A stretch of DNA of 60,252 nucleotides from Clostridiales bacterium (GCA_036644995.1 JAVXOZ010000011.1:1-60252), one strand, 5' to 3'; counted from the stretch's first letter, positions 1 to 8,203 are shown. Translations and numbers: made by a program. The notes: generated by a model from the letters alone, not told the origin.

Positions 1-49
1 TTCTTCTTGTTCTATGGTCATAAATAGGGAATAATTTCATTTTTCCCAT
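1..49 (-). CDS. partial ORF running off the left edge (MGKMKLFPIYDHRTRR...), island gene downstream of ori
   Basis: AGAAAGGA RBS-like sequence upstream of ATG at 49 on minus strand; only 16 codons visible. Confidence 0.4.
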   Translation of the reverse strand, partial: MGKMKLFPIYDHRTRR

Positions 50-132
50 GGGTTTAGTTTCCTTTCTCTTAGCTTCCACAATGAATTATCGTGTTTATAT
101 TCTAATATTTCATGGATTTATTCCTTTCTATA

Positions 133-358
133 ACTACCGCTACATTCGCTACCTTCGCTACCTATATGCCAAAGCACCTGCATACCTATGGTTTATACAT
201 AACACCTAAAAATATACATCAATAACACAACCGCTACAACCGCTACCTACACCCTTTATGCAGGTATCTATTATATCTAAAGTAGCTATAAACCCCTTAT
301 AGATGAATGTATAACACCACTATAAACCATGTGGTAGCGAAGGTAGCTGTTGTAGCTA
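133..358. other. putative replication origin of the island (GCTAC/GTAGC iterons)
   Basis: repeated CGCTAC at 138-162 and 231-250, inverted GTAGC copies at 282-286 and 333-356; perfect 15-bp inverted repeat 148-162/333-347 around AT-rich DNA, directly after primase stop. Confidence 0.7.
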
Positions 359-362
359 TATA

Positions 363-2270
363 TTAGAATAACGGGGTTTGACCACATGAAAATGTATGTA
401 TCCGCTTAGTGTTTGTAGGAGCTTCATATATAATATTGTCGTATGCCATGAACAGATGGCGAATATCTTTCACCTTTGCGGATATAGACCGAGGTGAACC
501 TACTGTTAGCCCTGTTTTATCCGCACAAGCAAGAAGTAAATCTGAAGCAGTACCCTGCCACCCACAAGGGGAATCCTTCAATAATTCTTTTACCGTTATA
601 ACAATGGGGTTTTGTTGGTATTCTTCCTTTTGGCACATAGCTTCTTGCTCCTCAAGGCTGCCCACAAACTCCCAGCGGCAAAGGTCTTTGTTAAAGCGAA
701 TTACCGTATCGCAATAGTCAATATCTCGCCCTGTTATAGATAGCGTAGTTTTGGTATCGGCTCTTGTCTTTTTTGCCATTACCATAGAAGTATCCGCAGC
801 ACCACCAATGCCATTGGTTCCGGATATACGATTGAAAGGGTCAGCATCATCCCCAGCCTTTCTAAGATGGTGAACCAATAGTATGCAAATACCATGTTTA
901 TCTCCAAAGGCTTTAAGTTCTCCCACCTCTCTATAATCCGATTGATATGCACCTTCTTTGGAATTTACAGAGGTTCGCACCTTCTGCAAGGTGTCAATGA
1001 CTATAAGGGCGGTATCGGGATTTTCTGCCATATAGTTGTCCAACATTTCAATTAAGCCGCTCCCCAACCCATCCACTTTGATAGCGAAGTTAAAACCCAC
1101 AGGAGCAGGGGTATTTTGCAATAGCTTCATCATGCGAGTTTTAAGGCGGTTATAGCTATCCTCTAAAGCCAGATACAAACATCCGCATTGATTGCTATTG
1201 TGGTTTAAAAATGGCTCTCCTCTCGCCACAGCGATACATAAATCAAGGACAAACCAACTTTTGCCATACTTTGGGGGCGATGCTAAAAGTGCAAGCCCTT
1301 GGGGGAGTAAGCCCTCAACAATGAACCGCACTGGGGGAATTTCTTTCTTTTGTAACTCAACCGCAGATAGGGTATTTAAACTTTTCTTTTCCTTTGGTGG
1401 TTCTGTACGCCCATCATTCTTCTGCTTATACCCTTCGTAGGTGTCCATGCAATTATCAATGGCTTTGGTTATGGTTATTTCCCCATAAGTCTTTCCACCG
1501 TGGTTTTCGTCCCATTTGGGGCGATACAAGCCACTTTGGCGGAAGATACCATCCATCTTTACATATTCGCAACCGCACCAAAAACCAAGGAGATTACAAA
1601 AGGCTAAATCTGCTTCGCTTTGGCTTTGGTATTGACGCTGCCAATCCCCATTAAATAAAGCGGTAAATAAATCACCGTTTTTTGAATCCATAGCCTTGTC
1701 CAATATCTCCATATCAGACAAAGAACATTTGGGTTTCTTTTGACTTTGGGGCTTCTTTTTCTTTTCCGGGCGTTTCATATACTGCTCCGCAAAGTTGTTT
1801 ACTTCATCTTGGGTTAATGCCCTTATGGGGTAGCTTTGAGGGTGTTCGTTGCCGGTAACCGTAACATAGCGGTCGGTCTGGTGGGAAAGGTACAATTCCA
1901 GCCCTATTTTGGAATTTTTAAAGTAATACCGCTCCTTATCATAGGTAACACCATGGGAATAGAATAAAATCCGTATCCCCGCACCGCTGGGTGAAATCTC
2001 GGTATAGCTTTGGAAATAGTCTATTACCGCTTGAGCCATGGGGGAAAGCTTGGCATCTATAATGCAATGGTCAATGTCCACAGCGGACAAGCCTTCTCCC
2101 AATGACACCCCAAAACCGTGGTATTTTTCAACGACGGCAGCGGCTTCTTCATATGTGCCAAAGGTTTTGGGGTCATTGGGTTTTGCCATATTCCCTGTTT
2201 TGGGGTTATACGGCACCTTATCTTTTCTCACGCACCAGTAAGGGTGCTCCTTAATCTCTTGTGGAATCAT
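363..2270 (-). CDS. primase-polymerase (NrS-1-like AEP + helix-bundle domain) fused to RepA/AAA_25-type helicase
   Basis: AVDIDHC, EISPSGAGIR, ELY..RYVTVTG, SQSEADLAFC..LGFW..IFRQSGLYRPKWD; C-terminal Walker A SPPKYGKS, Walker B LIVIDTL, VHHLRK. Confidence 0.85.
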   Translation of the reverse strand: MIPQEIKEHPYWCVRKDKVPYNPKTGNMAKPNDPKTFGTYEEAAAVVEKYHGFGVSLGEGLSAVDIDHCIIDAKLSPMAQAVIDYFQSYTEISPSGAGIRILFYSHGVTYDKERYYFKNSKIGLELYLSHQTDRYVTVTGNEHPQSYPIRALTQDEVNNFAEQYMKRPEKKKKPQSQKKPKCSLSDMEILDKAMDSKNGDLFTALFNGDWQRQYQSQSEADLAFCNLLGFWCGCEYVKMDGIFRQSGLYRPKWDENHGGKTYGEITITKAIDNCMDTYEGYKQKNDGRTEPPKEKKSLNTLSAVELQKKEIPPVRFIVEGLLPQGLALLASPPKYGKSWFVLDLCIAVARGEPFLNHNSNQCGCLYLALEDSYNRLKTRMMKLLQNTPAPVGFNFAIKVDGLGSGLIEMLDNYMAENPDTALIVIDTLQKVRTSVNSKEGAYQSDYREVGELKAFGDKHGICILLVHHLRKAGDDADPFNRISGTNGIGGAADTSMVMAKKTRADTKTTLSITGRDIDYCDTVIRFNKDLCRWEFVGSLEEQEAMCQKEEYQQNPIVITVKELLKDSPCGWQGTASDLLLACADKTGLTVGSPRSISAKVKDIRHLFMAYDNIIYEAPTNTKRIHTFSCGQTPLF

Positions 2271-2506
2271 CGGCGCCCCTTTACAGAACTGGGCGGATAA
2301 CGCCGAACTCTTTTTTCATTGTATTGAGGAGTTGCCAAGTATTCCGAGAAAATGTCATAATTGACCAATGGGCGATTATTACCAATTTTAACCTTAGGTA
2401 TTGCCCCGTACTTCATAAAATAATGCACAATAATGTGGGTATTAGTGTGTTCTTGTGGTAATTGCTCTATTGCTTGGTGCGCAAAGCGCATTCTGTCTAC
2501 TACCAT
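2267..2506 (-). CDS. excisionase-like small winged-HTH protein
   Basis: GAIPKVKIGN.RPLVNYDIFSEYL resembles Xis wing; position between cro and primase; 4-bp overlap with primase start; RBS present. Confidence 0.6.
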   Translation of the reverse strand: MVVDRMRFAHQAIEQLPQEHTNTHIIVHYFMKYGAIPKVKIGNNRPLVNYDIFSEYLATPQYNEKRVRRYPPSSVKGRR

Positions 2507-2614
2507 TGAATAATCCCTTCTTTCTGTGGTATAATAGGGATAGGTAATTTTTACGGATTACCTATCTGGGGGTTCTCCTGCTTGGCTTTCCACGGCTATG
2601 AGCAGGGGAACCTT

Positions 2615-2788
2615 TTAATTTTTTGCCAATTCTTTGATAATGGCACGAATCTTTTCTTTTTCACCATCGGGCAACTCATGGCGCAGCTTACGAGAAAGAG
2701 TTTCTGCCGCAACACCAAGCCCCTCGGCTACTTGCCAAAAGCGAATGCCTGCTCCGTATATTTCAGTTCTAATATCTGTATTTTTCAT
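2615..2788 (-). CDS. Cro-like HTH regulator (57 aa)
   Basis: GIRFWQVAEGLGVAAETLSRKLR HTH; AAGGGAG RBS before ATG 2788 (shorter than ORF-track call, whose start lies in the promoter). Confidence 0.8.
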   Translation of the reverse strand: MKNTDIRTEIYGAGIRFWQVAEGLGVAAETLSRKLRHELPDGEKEKIRAIIKELAKN

Positions 2789-2813
2789 TTTATTCTCCCT
2801 TCTTTTTTCTTTA

Positions 2814-2842
2814 ATTCTATACCTTATTTCCGCTTTTGTCAA
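2814..2842 (-). promoter_or_regulatory. sigma-A promoter for cro-xis-primase operon
   Basis: TTGACA (2842-2837) - 17 bp - TAGAAT (2819-2814). Confidence 0.8.
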
Positions 2843-2897
2843 GATGTTGACTGCAAATGCAACATTCTAATTTATAATTAAAATTCCAATTATCGTA

Positions 2898-2926
2898 TTG
2901 ACAAATCAACATCAAGATGATAGAAT
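2898..2926 (+). promoter_or_regulatory. sigma-A promoter for repressor-integrase operon
   Basis: TTGACA (2898-2903) - 17 bp - TAGAAT (2921-2926) with extended TG. Confidence 0.8.
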
Positions 2927-2950
2927 GATTTAATAAAAGGAGGTGCTTAT

Positions 2951-3556
2951 ATGCTTGAAGGTTTTGGGAAAAGGTTAAAAACATTAAGAGAAGATAAAGG
3001 ATTATTACAAGAGGAGCTTGCTACCGCTGTTGGGATTTCCTTATCCAGTTTGAGGGCTTATGAGCGAATAATAGATAATAGCTCTAAAAGCAAACCGCCT
3101 ATTGATACTATTATAAAGATAGCTGATGAGTTAAACACGTCTCTTGATTATCTTTGTAGGGGCAAAGACGAACACCTTAAAGAGGGTAATGCCGTTCCTG
3201 TACTTCGATCTCTTGTGGATATAATGGAACTTTTTGGTGTTGGTATTAAAATCTACTCCATCCCTAATGAATTATTAGGGGACGTTGTACAAAGCGCTCA
3301 ACTTACATTTCCTAATGAGTTTATAAGAGGTGTACTTTTTAGTCCTGATGAACCCTCAAATATTGCGGCTTTTATAAATGAGTATCACAACTTAAGCGAA
3401 TGCGGTTTAAGAAATATTGATGATGGGCTATATATTAAAACGTTAGACGCTTTTATAGAAAAATGGAAGCGCTATGATATACACGACACCGAATTATATT
3501 ACAAACCCCTTGTAAAGGCAGGTGAACCTAATGGCAACGATAAAAAAGAGGAATGA
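2951..3556 (+). CDS. XRE-family HTH repressor (Stl/CI-like) with uncharacterised C-terminal domain
   Basis: FGKRLKTLRE..GLLQEELATAVGISLSSLRAYE..PPIDTIIKIADELNTSLDYL; AAGGAGG RBS; divergent from cro. Confidence 0.9.
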   Translation: MLEGFGKRLKTLREDKGLLQEELATAVGISLSSLRAYERIIDNSSKSKPPIDTIIKIADELNTSLDYLCRGKDEHLKEGNAVPVLRSLVDIMELFGVGIKIYSIPNELLGDVVQSAQLTFPNEFIRGVLFSPDEPSNIAAFINEYHNLSECGLRNIDDGLYIKTLDAFIEKWKRYDIHDTELYYKPLVKAGEPNGNDKKEE

Positions 3557-4964
3557 TTCCTATTTAATCACCGTGTCTTTGGGAGCAGATTACAAGGGTA
3601 AGAAAATACGCCGCTATACCACATGGGAGCCACCCGAAAACATGAGTGAAAAACGGCAGGAAAAAGAAGTAGAACGCATAGCCAATGAATTTGAAGCAAA
3701 GTGCCGTATGGGAGATGTGGTGGATGGTAATGTCCGCTTTTGCGATTTTGCCGATAAATGGTTTAAAGACTGTGCCGAAAAGCAATTAAGACCCTATACA
3801 CTCAACCATTACCACTCCTTAATGCCAAGAATCAACCAAGCTATTGGGCACGTAAAATTAAAAGACTTACGCCCACACCATTTGGTGGAATTCTACAACA
3901 ACCTTGGAGAAAAGGGTATTCGCCTTGATATCAAATATCGGTGTTTAATTGACTTTAACTCTTTACTGACTGAAAAAAAGATAAAAAAAACCACCTTTGC
4001 TGAAAAATCAAAGGTGAGCATTTCTACATTGAAATCACTGTGCCACGGCAATAATGTAAGCAAAGAAACCGCCGAAAAAATCAGCAAAGCCATGAAAATA
4101 GATATGAATAAACTCTTTGAACTAAACGAGGGCAAAGCAACACTATCCGGGCAAACCATTCAACATCACCACCGGTTGATATCCACAATCCTTTCTACGG
4201 CGGTGGAATGGGAAGCTATAAGCTCTAACCCTTGCCAAAGAGTGAAGCCGCCAAAAGTTGCCCCCTCAGCTCCCCGTTATTTGGATGAGGTGGAAGCAGT
4301 GCAACTTTTAGCCGCCATCAGCCATGAAGAACCAAAGTATAGAATGATTACCACATTGCTTTTACTCACGGGGATGAGGAGAGGTGAAGCAATGGGCTTA
4401 GAATGGAAAGATATTAACTTTGAGCAGTCGGTAATCAATATAGTTCGGACTTCTCAATACATATCCGGGCAAGGCATCATTACCGATGAAACAAAGAATG
4501 AAAGCTCAAAAAGGGCGATAAAATCCCCTAATTCCCTATTGGTAGATTTACGGAAGTATAGGCTCTGGCAGAATGAGGAACGTTTGAAAATCGGTGACCA
4601 ATGGGAAAACCATGATAGACTATTTACCCAATGGAATGGCAAGCCCATGAACCCCGACACCTTTTCCCAATGGTTTCATGATTTTGTGGAAAGGAAAGGT
4701 TTACCGGATATCGTTGCCCATAGCCTACGGCATACCAACGCCACATTACAAATAGCTAACGGCGTTCCTATAACCACTGTTGCAGGTGGTTTGGCACACG
4801 CCACCCCAGCAACTACCACAAAGATATATAGCCACGAAATCAAGTCCCCAGATGCCACAGCTCCAGAGGTTTTGGAAAATATATTGACCCCAAACCAATC
4901 AATGGCAAAATCATATTTTTCAGCAGGCGGACGGCAAATGGACGGCAAAATCCAAAAAATGTAA
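3531..4964 (+). CDS. int: tyrosine recombinase/integrase with inserted XRE-like HTH
   Basis: MATIKKR..Y arm domain, TGMRRGE, HSLRHT, LAHA..TT.IY catalytic motifs; adjacent to tRNA; ATG at 3531 preferred over GTG 3522. Confidence 0.93.
   Translation: MATIKKRNDSYLITVSLGADYKGKKIRRYTTWEPPENMSEKRQEKEVERIANEFEAKCRMGDVVDGNVRFCDFADKWFKDCAEKQLRPYTLNHYHSLMPRINQAIGHVKLKDLRPHHLVEFYNNLGEKGIRLDIKYRCLIDFNSLLTEKKIKKTTFAEKSKVSISTLKSLCHGNNVSKETAEKISKAMKIDMNKLFELNEGKATLSGQTIQHHHRLISTILSTAVEWEAISSNPCQRVKPPKVAPSAPRYLDEVEAVQLLAAISHEEPKYRMITTLLLLTGMRRGEAMGLEWKDINFEQSVINIVRTSQYISGQGIITDETKNESSKRAIKSPNSLLVDLRKYRLWQNEERLKIGDQWENHDRLFTQWNGKPMNPDTFSQWFHDFVERKGLPDIVAHSLRHTNATLQIANGVPITTVAGGLAHATPATTTKIYSHEIKSPDATAPEVLENILTPNQSMAKSYFSAGGRQMDGKIQKM
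4929..4949 (+). repeat. tandem GGACGGCAAA direct repeat, candidate integrase arm-type sites
   Basis: 10-bp copies at 4929-4938 and 4940-4949, about 70 bp from tRNA 3' end. Confidence 0.55.
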
Positions 4965-4977
4965 TAAATGAATACGC

Positions 4978-5017
4978 AAAAACCCCTGTTATACCAACGG
5001 TATACAGGGGTTTTTTT
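4978..5017. terminator. bidirectional intrinsic terminator between int and tRNA-Thr
   Basis: AAAAACCCCTGT..TATAC / GTATACAGGGGTTTTT stem with A and T tracts. Confidence 0.8.
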
Positions 5018-5092
5018 GGAGCTACTGAGCGGAATCGAACCGCTGACCTGCTGATTACGAATCAGCTGCTCTACCATCTGAGCCACAGTAGC
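5017..5092 (-). tRNA. tRNA-Thr(CGT)
   Basis: 76 nt cloverleaf GCTACTG...CAGTAGC-TCCA, anticodon arm GCTGA TT CGT AA TCAGC, GGTTCGATTCC T-loop. Confidence 0.97.
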
Positions 5093-5119
5093 AGATTATG
5101 AATTTAATCATGCCCAATT

Positions 5120-5148
5120 ATTTTAACGTTTATTTTTTGTTTAGTCAA
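5120..5148 (-). promoter_or_regulatory. sigma-A promoter for tRNA-Thr
   Basis: TTGACT - 17 bp - TAAAAT. Confidence 0.6.
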
Positions 5149-5216
5149 GGGTTTTTTACTTTCTTATAGAAAGTATACATAATGGAAACTGATTTTTAAG
5201 GATAGGAGTTAAGTTA

Positions 5217-5759
5217 ATGAATAAAATATTAGTAGTTGTTGATATGCAAAACGACTTTATTTATGGCTCTTTAGGCACCAAAGAAGCACAGGCAATTGTG
5301 GAAAACGCAGTAGCAAAGGTAAAAAGTTTTCACGGGGAAATTATATTCACCAAGGACACCCACACCCCTAATTACCTAAACACCCAAGAAGGCAAAAATC
5401 TCCCTGTGGAGCACTGCATTGAAAACACACAAGGCTGGATGCTGGAAAATAATTTGGAAGATTTTATTAGGGAGCACCACTCCAAGGTTATAAATAAGGT
5501 CACATTCGGCAGTGTAGAATTGGGGGAATATCTCAAAAATATAAACAAAAAAACACCTATTTCCGAAATTTGCCTTATAGGTCTTTGCACGGATATTTGC
5601 GTTATTGCCAATGCCATGGTAATAAAGGCTTTTCTTCCTGAAACCTTTATTTGGGTAGATGAAAAATGCTGTGCCGGGGTAACACCACAAAGTCACAAAC
5701 AAGCTATGGCAGCTATGGCAATGTGCCAAATACCCAACACTGCACAAAATGAAGAATAA
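5217..5759 (+). CDS. isochorismatase-family cysteine hydrolase (nicotinamidase-like)
   Basis: VVVDMQNDF, DTH, EHC, K.TFG, GLCTDICV catalytic/metal motifs. Confidence 0.9.
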   Translation: MNKILVVVDMQNDFIYGSLGTKEAQAIVENAVAKVKSFHGEIIFTKDTHTPNYLNTQEGKNLPVEHCIENTQGWMLENNLEDFIREHHSKVINKVTFGSVELGEYLKNINKKTPISEICLIGLCTDICVIANAMVIKAFLPETFIWVDEKCCAGVTPQSHKQAMAAMAMCQIPNTAQNEE

Positions 5760-5857
5760 CAAATTTTAGAAACAGTAACTTGGGGTAAGCTTTGACCTTA
5801 CATAAATAACAATAATAGGTTATACTTAAAGAAACAACACAATTTAGGAGGACACAC

Positions 5858-6361
5858 ATGGGATTTTTTAAAAAATCACCAAGCTTAGAGAGTAACGGAC
5901 TTTCAGCATCTAAAAATAAAGATGCTCAGCGGTGCTTAAAACAGCTGCAAGAAGCCATAGACCTCACAAATAGCACCAACAAAGCAGATATTTTTTTTGG
6001 GCGGTTAAATTATTCTTTAGACATTTGCCTTTATATGCAGGAATTTGAAAAATACGGCATTTATCAATCCCCCACCCCATCGGAAACATATAAGGAAATA
6101 ATAGCAAACATAGAAACCAATGTTGATAATTTTTTAAAAAGGTCACTTGCCAAAGAGCTTGAGAGCTTAAGCAATGTAAAATCTGAAAATGCTCGGGTAA
6201 AAAAACTGGTAAAATATTTTGTAGATGTAGATATGGCATTTGAAAAAAGCAACAAATGCTGGGGCGGCAATGGGCTGTTTCCTCGATATGAAGGAGCATT
6301 ATTTACCGATAACAACCTACAAACTTTGAAAAATCTAAAAAATGAATACTTGGGAATTTAA
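5858..6361 (+). CDS. hypothetical protein
   Basis: 167-aa ORF with strong AGGAGG RBS; no recognised family. Confidence 0.75.
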   Translation: MGFFKKSPSLESNGLSASKNKDAQRCLKQLQEAIDLTNSTNKADIFFGRLNYSLDICLYMQEFEKYGIYQSPTPSETYKEIIANIETNVDNFLKRSLAKELESLSNVKSENARVKKLVKYFVDVDMAFEKSNKCWGGNGLFPRYEGALFTDNNLQTLKNLKNEYLGI

Positions 6362-6432
6362 GTATTTGCATTATAGTTTGAAACACAATAACATTTAAGC
6401 AGATGTTTAAAACAGATATTTAAAACATATGC

Positions 6433-6590
6433 CAGATTGTCAAAAAACATAGTTTTTCCCCAAGATGTCAGGCTGCTAAAAAAGCCTTAGATTGGACAAA
6501 ACTCCCTGAGCAGCGGCTGTGTAGTGTACCCATATCTACACAAGCAGTGGGAAGGAATTTTACCCAATACCAAACTTTATCCACAACCTA
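6433..6590 (+). repeat. structured palindromic repeat/MITE-like element, copy 1
   Basis: CAGATTGTCAAAAAAC...CTTTATCCACAACCTA; high similarity to copies at 8204, 34230, 36539, 57967. Confidence 0.9.
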
Positions 6591-6650
6591 TCATATGTTT
6601 TAAGCAGATATTGCAACCATCGGCAAAACCATAAGAGATTAAAAATAAGC

Positions 6651-6696
6651 AAAACCCCTAAATGAAGGTTTTAAATACCTCATTTAGGGGTTTTTT
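6651..6696 (-). terminator. intrinsic terminator of tRNA-Lys
   Basis: AAAACCCCTAAATGA / TCATTTAGGGGTTTT stem. Confidence 0.8.
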
Positions 6697-6771
6697 GGTA
6701 CACCATCGGGGGTTCGAACCCCGGACACCCTGATTAAGAGTCAGGTGCTCTGCCAGCTGAGCTAATGATGC
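6696..6771 (-). tRNA. tRNA-Lys(CTT)
   Basis: 76 nt, anticodon arm CCTGA CT CTT AA TCAGG, GGTTCGAACCC, ACCA end. Confidence 0.97.
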
Positions 6772-6921
6772 TTAAAAATATTCTATAATACAACAGCTTC
6801 TCACAAATAAAAAGCTTTGAAAATGAGCAGTAAAAGTAAGATTGAATTTCTCAGGAAAAAAATATAGAACAAGCGCTTTTCCCAAGAAAAGTAATTTTAT
6901 TTTTTTACTCACTAAGCTAAT

Positions 6922-6950
6922 ATTATACAGCTACTTTTACGGTTTGTCAA
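6922..6950 (-). promoter_or_regulatory. consensus sigma-A promoter upstream of tRNA-Lys
   Basis: TTGACA - 17 bp - TATAAT. Confidence 0.75.
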
Positions 6951-7272
6951 TTAGGGTAAAAGATAATTCCAAAAATATTATTTTAGCAAAAATCAACACC
7001 TTATTTTACAGGCAACAGGCATCTAAAACCTATTTTTTCAACCTTTAACAGCTTTAACAAACAGTTACCCGGTGATTGTAGCCACGTTGGTAGGTGAGCA
7101 TTTGCCTTTGATATACAGCAATGTTCTCAATATCTTATAGCATTATTTAATTCTTCATAAATAAATTAAATCCTTTATTTCTCATAAAAAAAATAGTACA
7201 ATAATCTTAAACACAAAATATACCTAAATTAGGAGTTTACAACCACAATAAACCGAAAGCAAAGAGGCAAAA

Positions 7273-7866
7273 ATGAAGGAAAAAGGACTTATTTTTGATT
7301 TGGAAAATATTTTAATATTTTATGAAGTGCCGTGCCATGCAGAGGAAAAACTAATTTGGGATTTTCTTATCAGCAAAAAATATATTTTCCATAGTGATGA
7401 TTTACAGGGCAAAAACCCATGTAAATTTGCAGATGAATTTAAAGAATACCGAGGAAATGATGATGCTTTCCTCCAAGCCGAAAGGGCAAAACTCCACAGA
7501 AAATATCTAATGGATGCAGTGGGAACTCCAAGCGTAAGTGGGGTTTTACAAACCTTAGCACAAAAATACCAAATAGTTATTTTAGCACAAAGCCAAGGTG
7601 ATGGCATAATTAAAGCCTTGGCAAAAGCAGGCATTAGAAACTATGTAAATTTCATTGTCCCCGGTGAAAAATGGGTGGGTAAAGCCCCCATAACCTTGGG
7701 TTTGGATATTGCCATGGAAAAATATCCGAAAATACCAAAAAGCAACTGGCTTTATGTGGGAAACCCAAGCTCACACCACATGGCAAAAGCAGCAAATATA
7801 AGGTTTTTACCCTACGGAATTGCCCCTTATGAAAATTTAGAGGACATTATGGAAGAATTAATTTAA
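7273..7866 (+). CDS. HAD-like superfamily protein with degenerate motifs
   Basis: N-terminal GLIFDLEN (motif I-like), WLYVGN..HMAKAANIRF (motif IV-like), HAD-sized. Confidence 0.7.
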   Translation: MKEKGLIFDLENILIFYEVPCHAEEKLIWDFLISKKYIFHSDDLQGKNPCKFADEFKEYRGNDDAFLQAERAKLHRKYLMDAVGTPSVSGVLQTLAQKYQIVILAQSQGDGIIKALAKAGIRNYVNFIVPGEKWVGKAPITLGLDIAMEKYPKIPKSNWLYVGNPSSHHMAKAANIRFLPYGIAPYENLEDIMEELI

Positions 7867-7873
7867 AAAAGGC

Positions 7874-7902
7874 TTGCATTTACTGTAATTATTTAGTATA
7901 AT
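7874..7902 (+). promoter_or_regulatory. sigma-A promoter for tRNA-Ser
   Basis: TTGCAT - 17 bp - TATAAT. Confidence 0.8.
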
Positions 7903-7931
7903 AATCTTCGCTGATGTAAATATAGCGTTAT

Positions 7932-8021
7932 GGAGAGATGGCCGAGTTTGGCTTAAGGCGCACGCCTGGAAAGCGTGTTGGTGTAACAGCCTCGCAGGTT
8001 CGAATCCTGTTCTCTCCGCCA
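7932..8021 (+). tRNA. tRNA-Ser(GGA)
   Basis: 90 nt, GGAGAGA/TCTCTCC acceptor, CACGC CT GGA AA GCGTG anticodon arm, long variable arm, GCCA end. Confidence 0.97.
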
Positions 8022-8026
8022 TGGGG

Positions 8027-8072
8027 AAACCACCATTATACAGGCTTTATGCTTGAAAATGGTGGTTTTTTT
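8027..8072 (+). terminator. intrinsic terminator after tRNA-Ser
   Basis: AAACCACCATT / AATGGTGGTTTTTTT. Confidence 0.75.
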
Positions 8073-8203
8073 ATACGCTTTTTTAAGGGAAATGCAAAAA
8101 TCAACAAGGCTGTGAACAGGTGTTAAGCAAATGCCATTAAAAAAATCCACAGGAAAATTCACGCAAATATCCCCACTACACAAACAACCAAATATGAATG
8201 TTT

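Larger units (their letters stand above)
1..5017. mobile_element. phage satellite/PICI-like integrative element (one end; other end outside window) inserted at 3' end of tRNA-Thr(CGT)
   Basis: int next to tRNA 3' end, repressor co-oriented with int, divergent cro-xis-primase/helicase, iteron region downstream of primase; no virion genes visible. Confidence 0.85.

Noticed and set aside
4676..5086. 136-aa minus-strand ORF
   Set aside because: Overlaps tRNA-Thr and is antisense to int
7938..8183. ORFs across tRNA-Ser
   Set aside because: Shadow frames of the tRNA and its terminator
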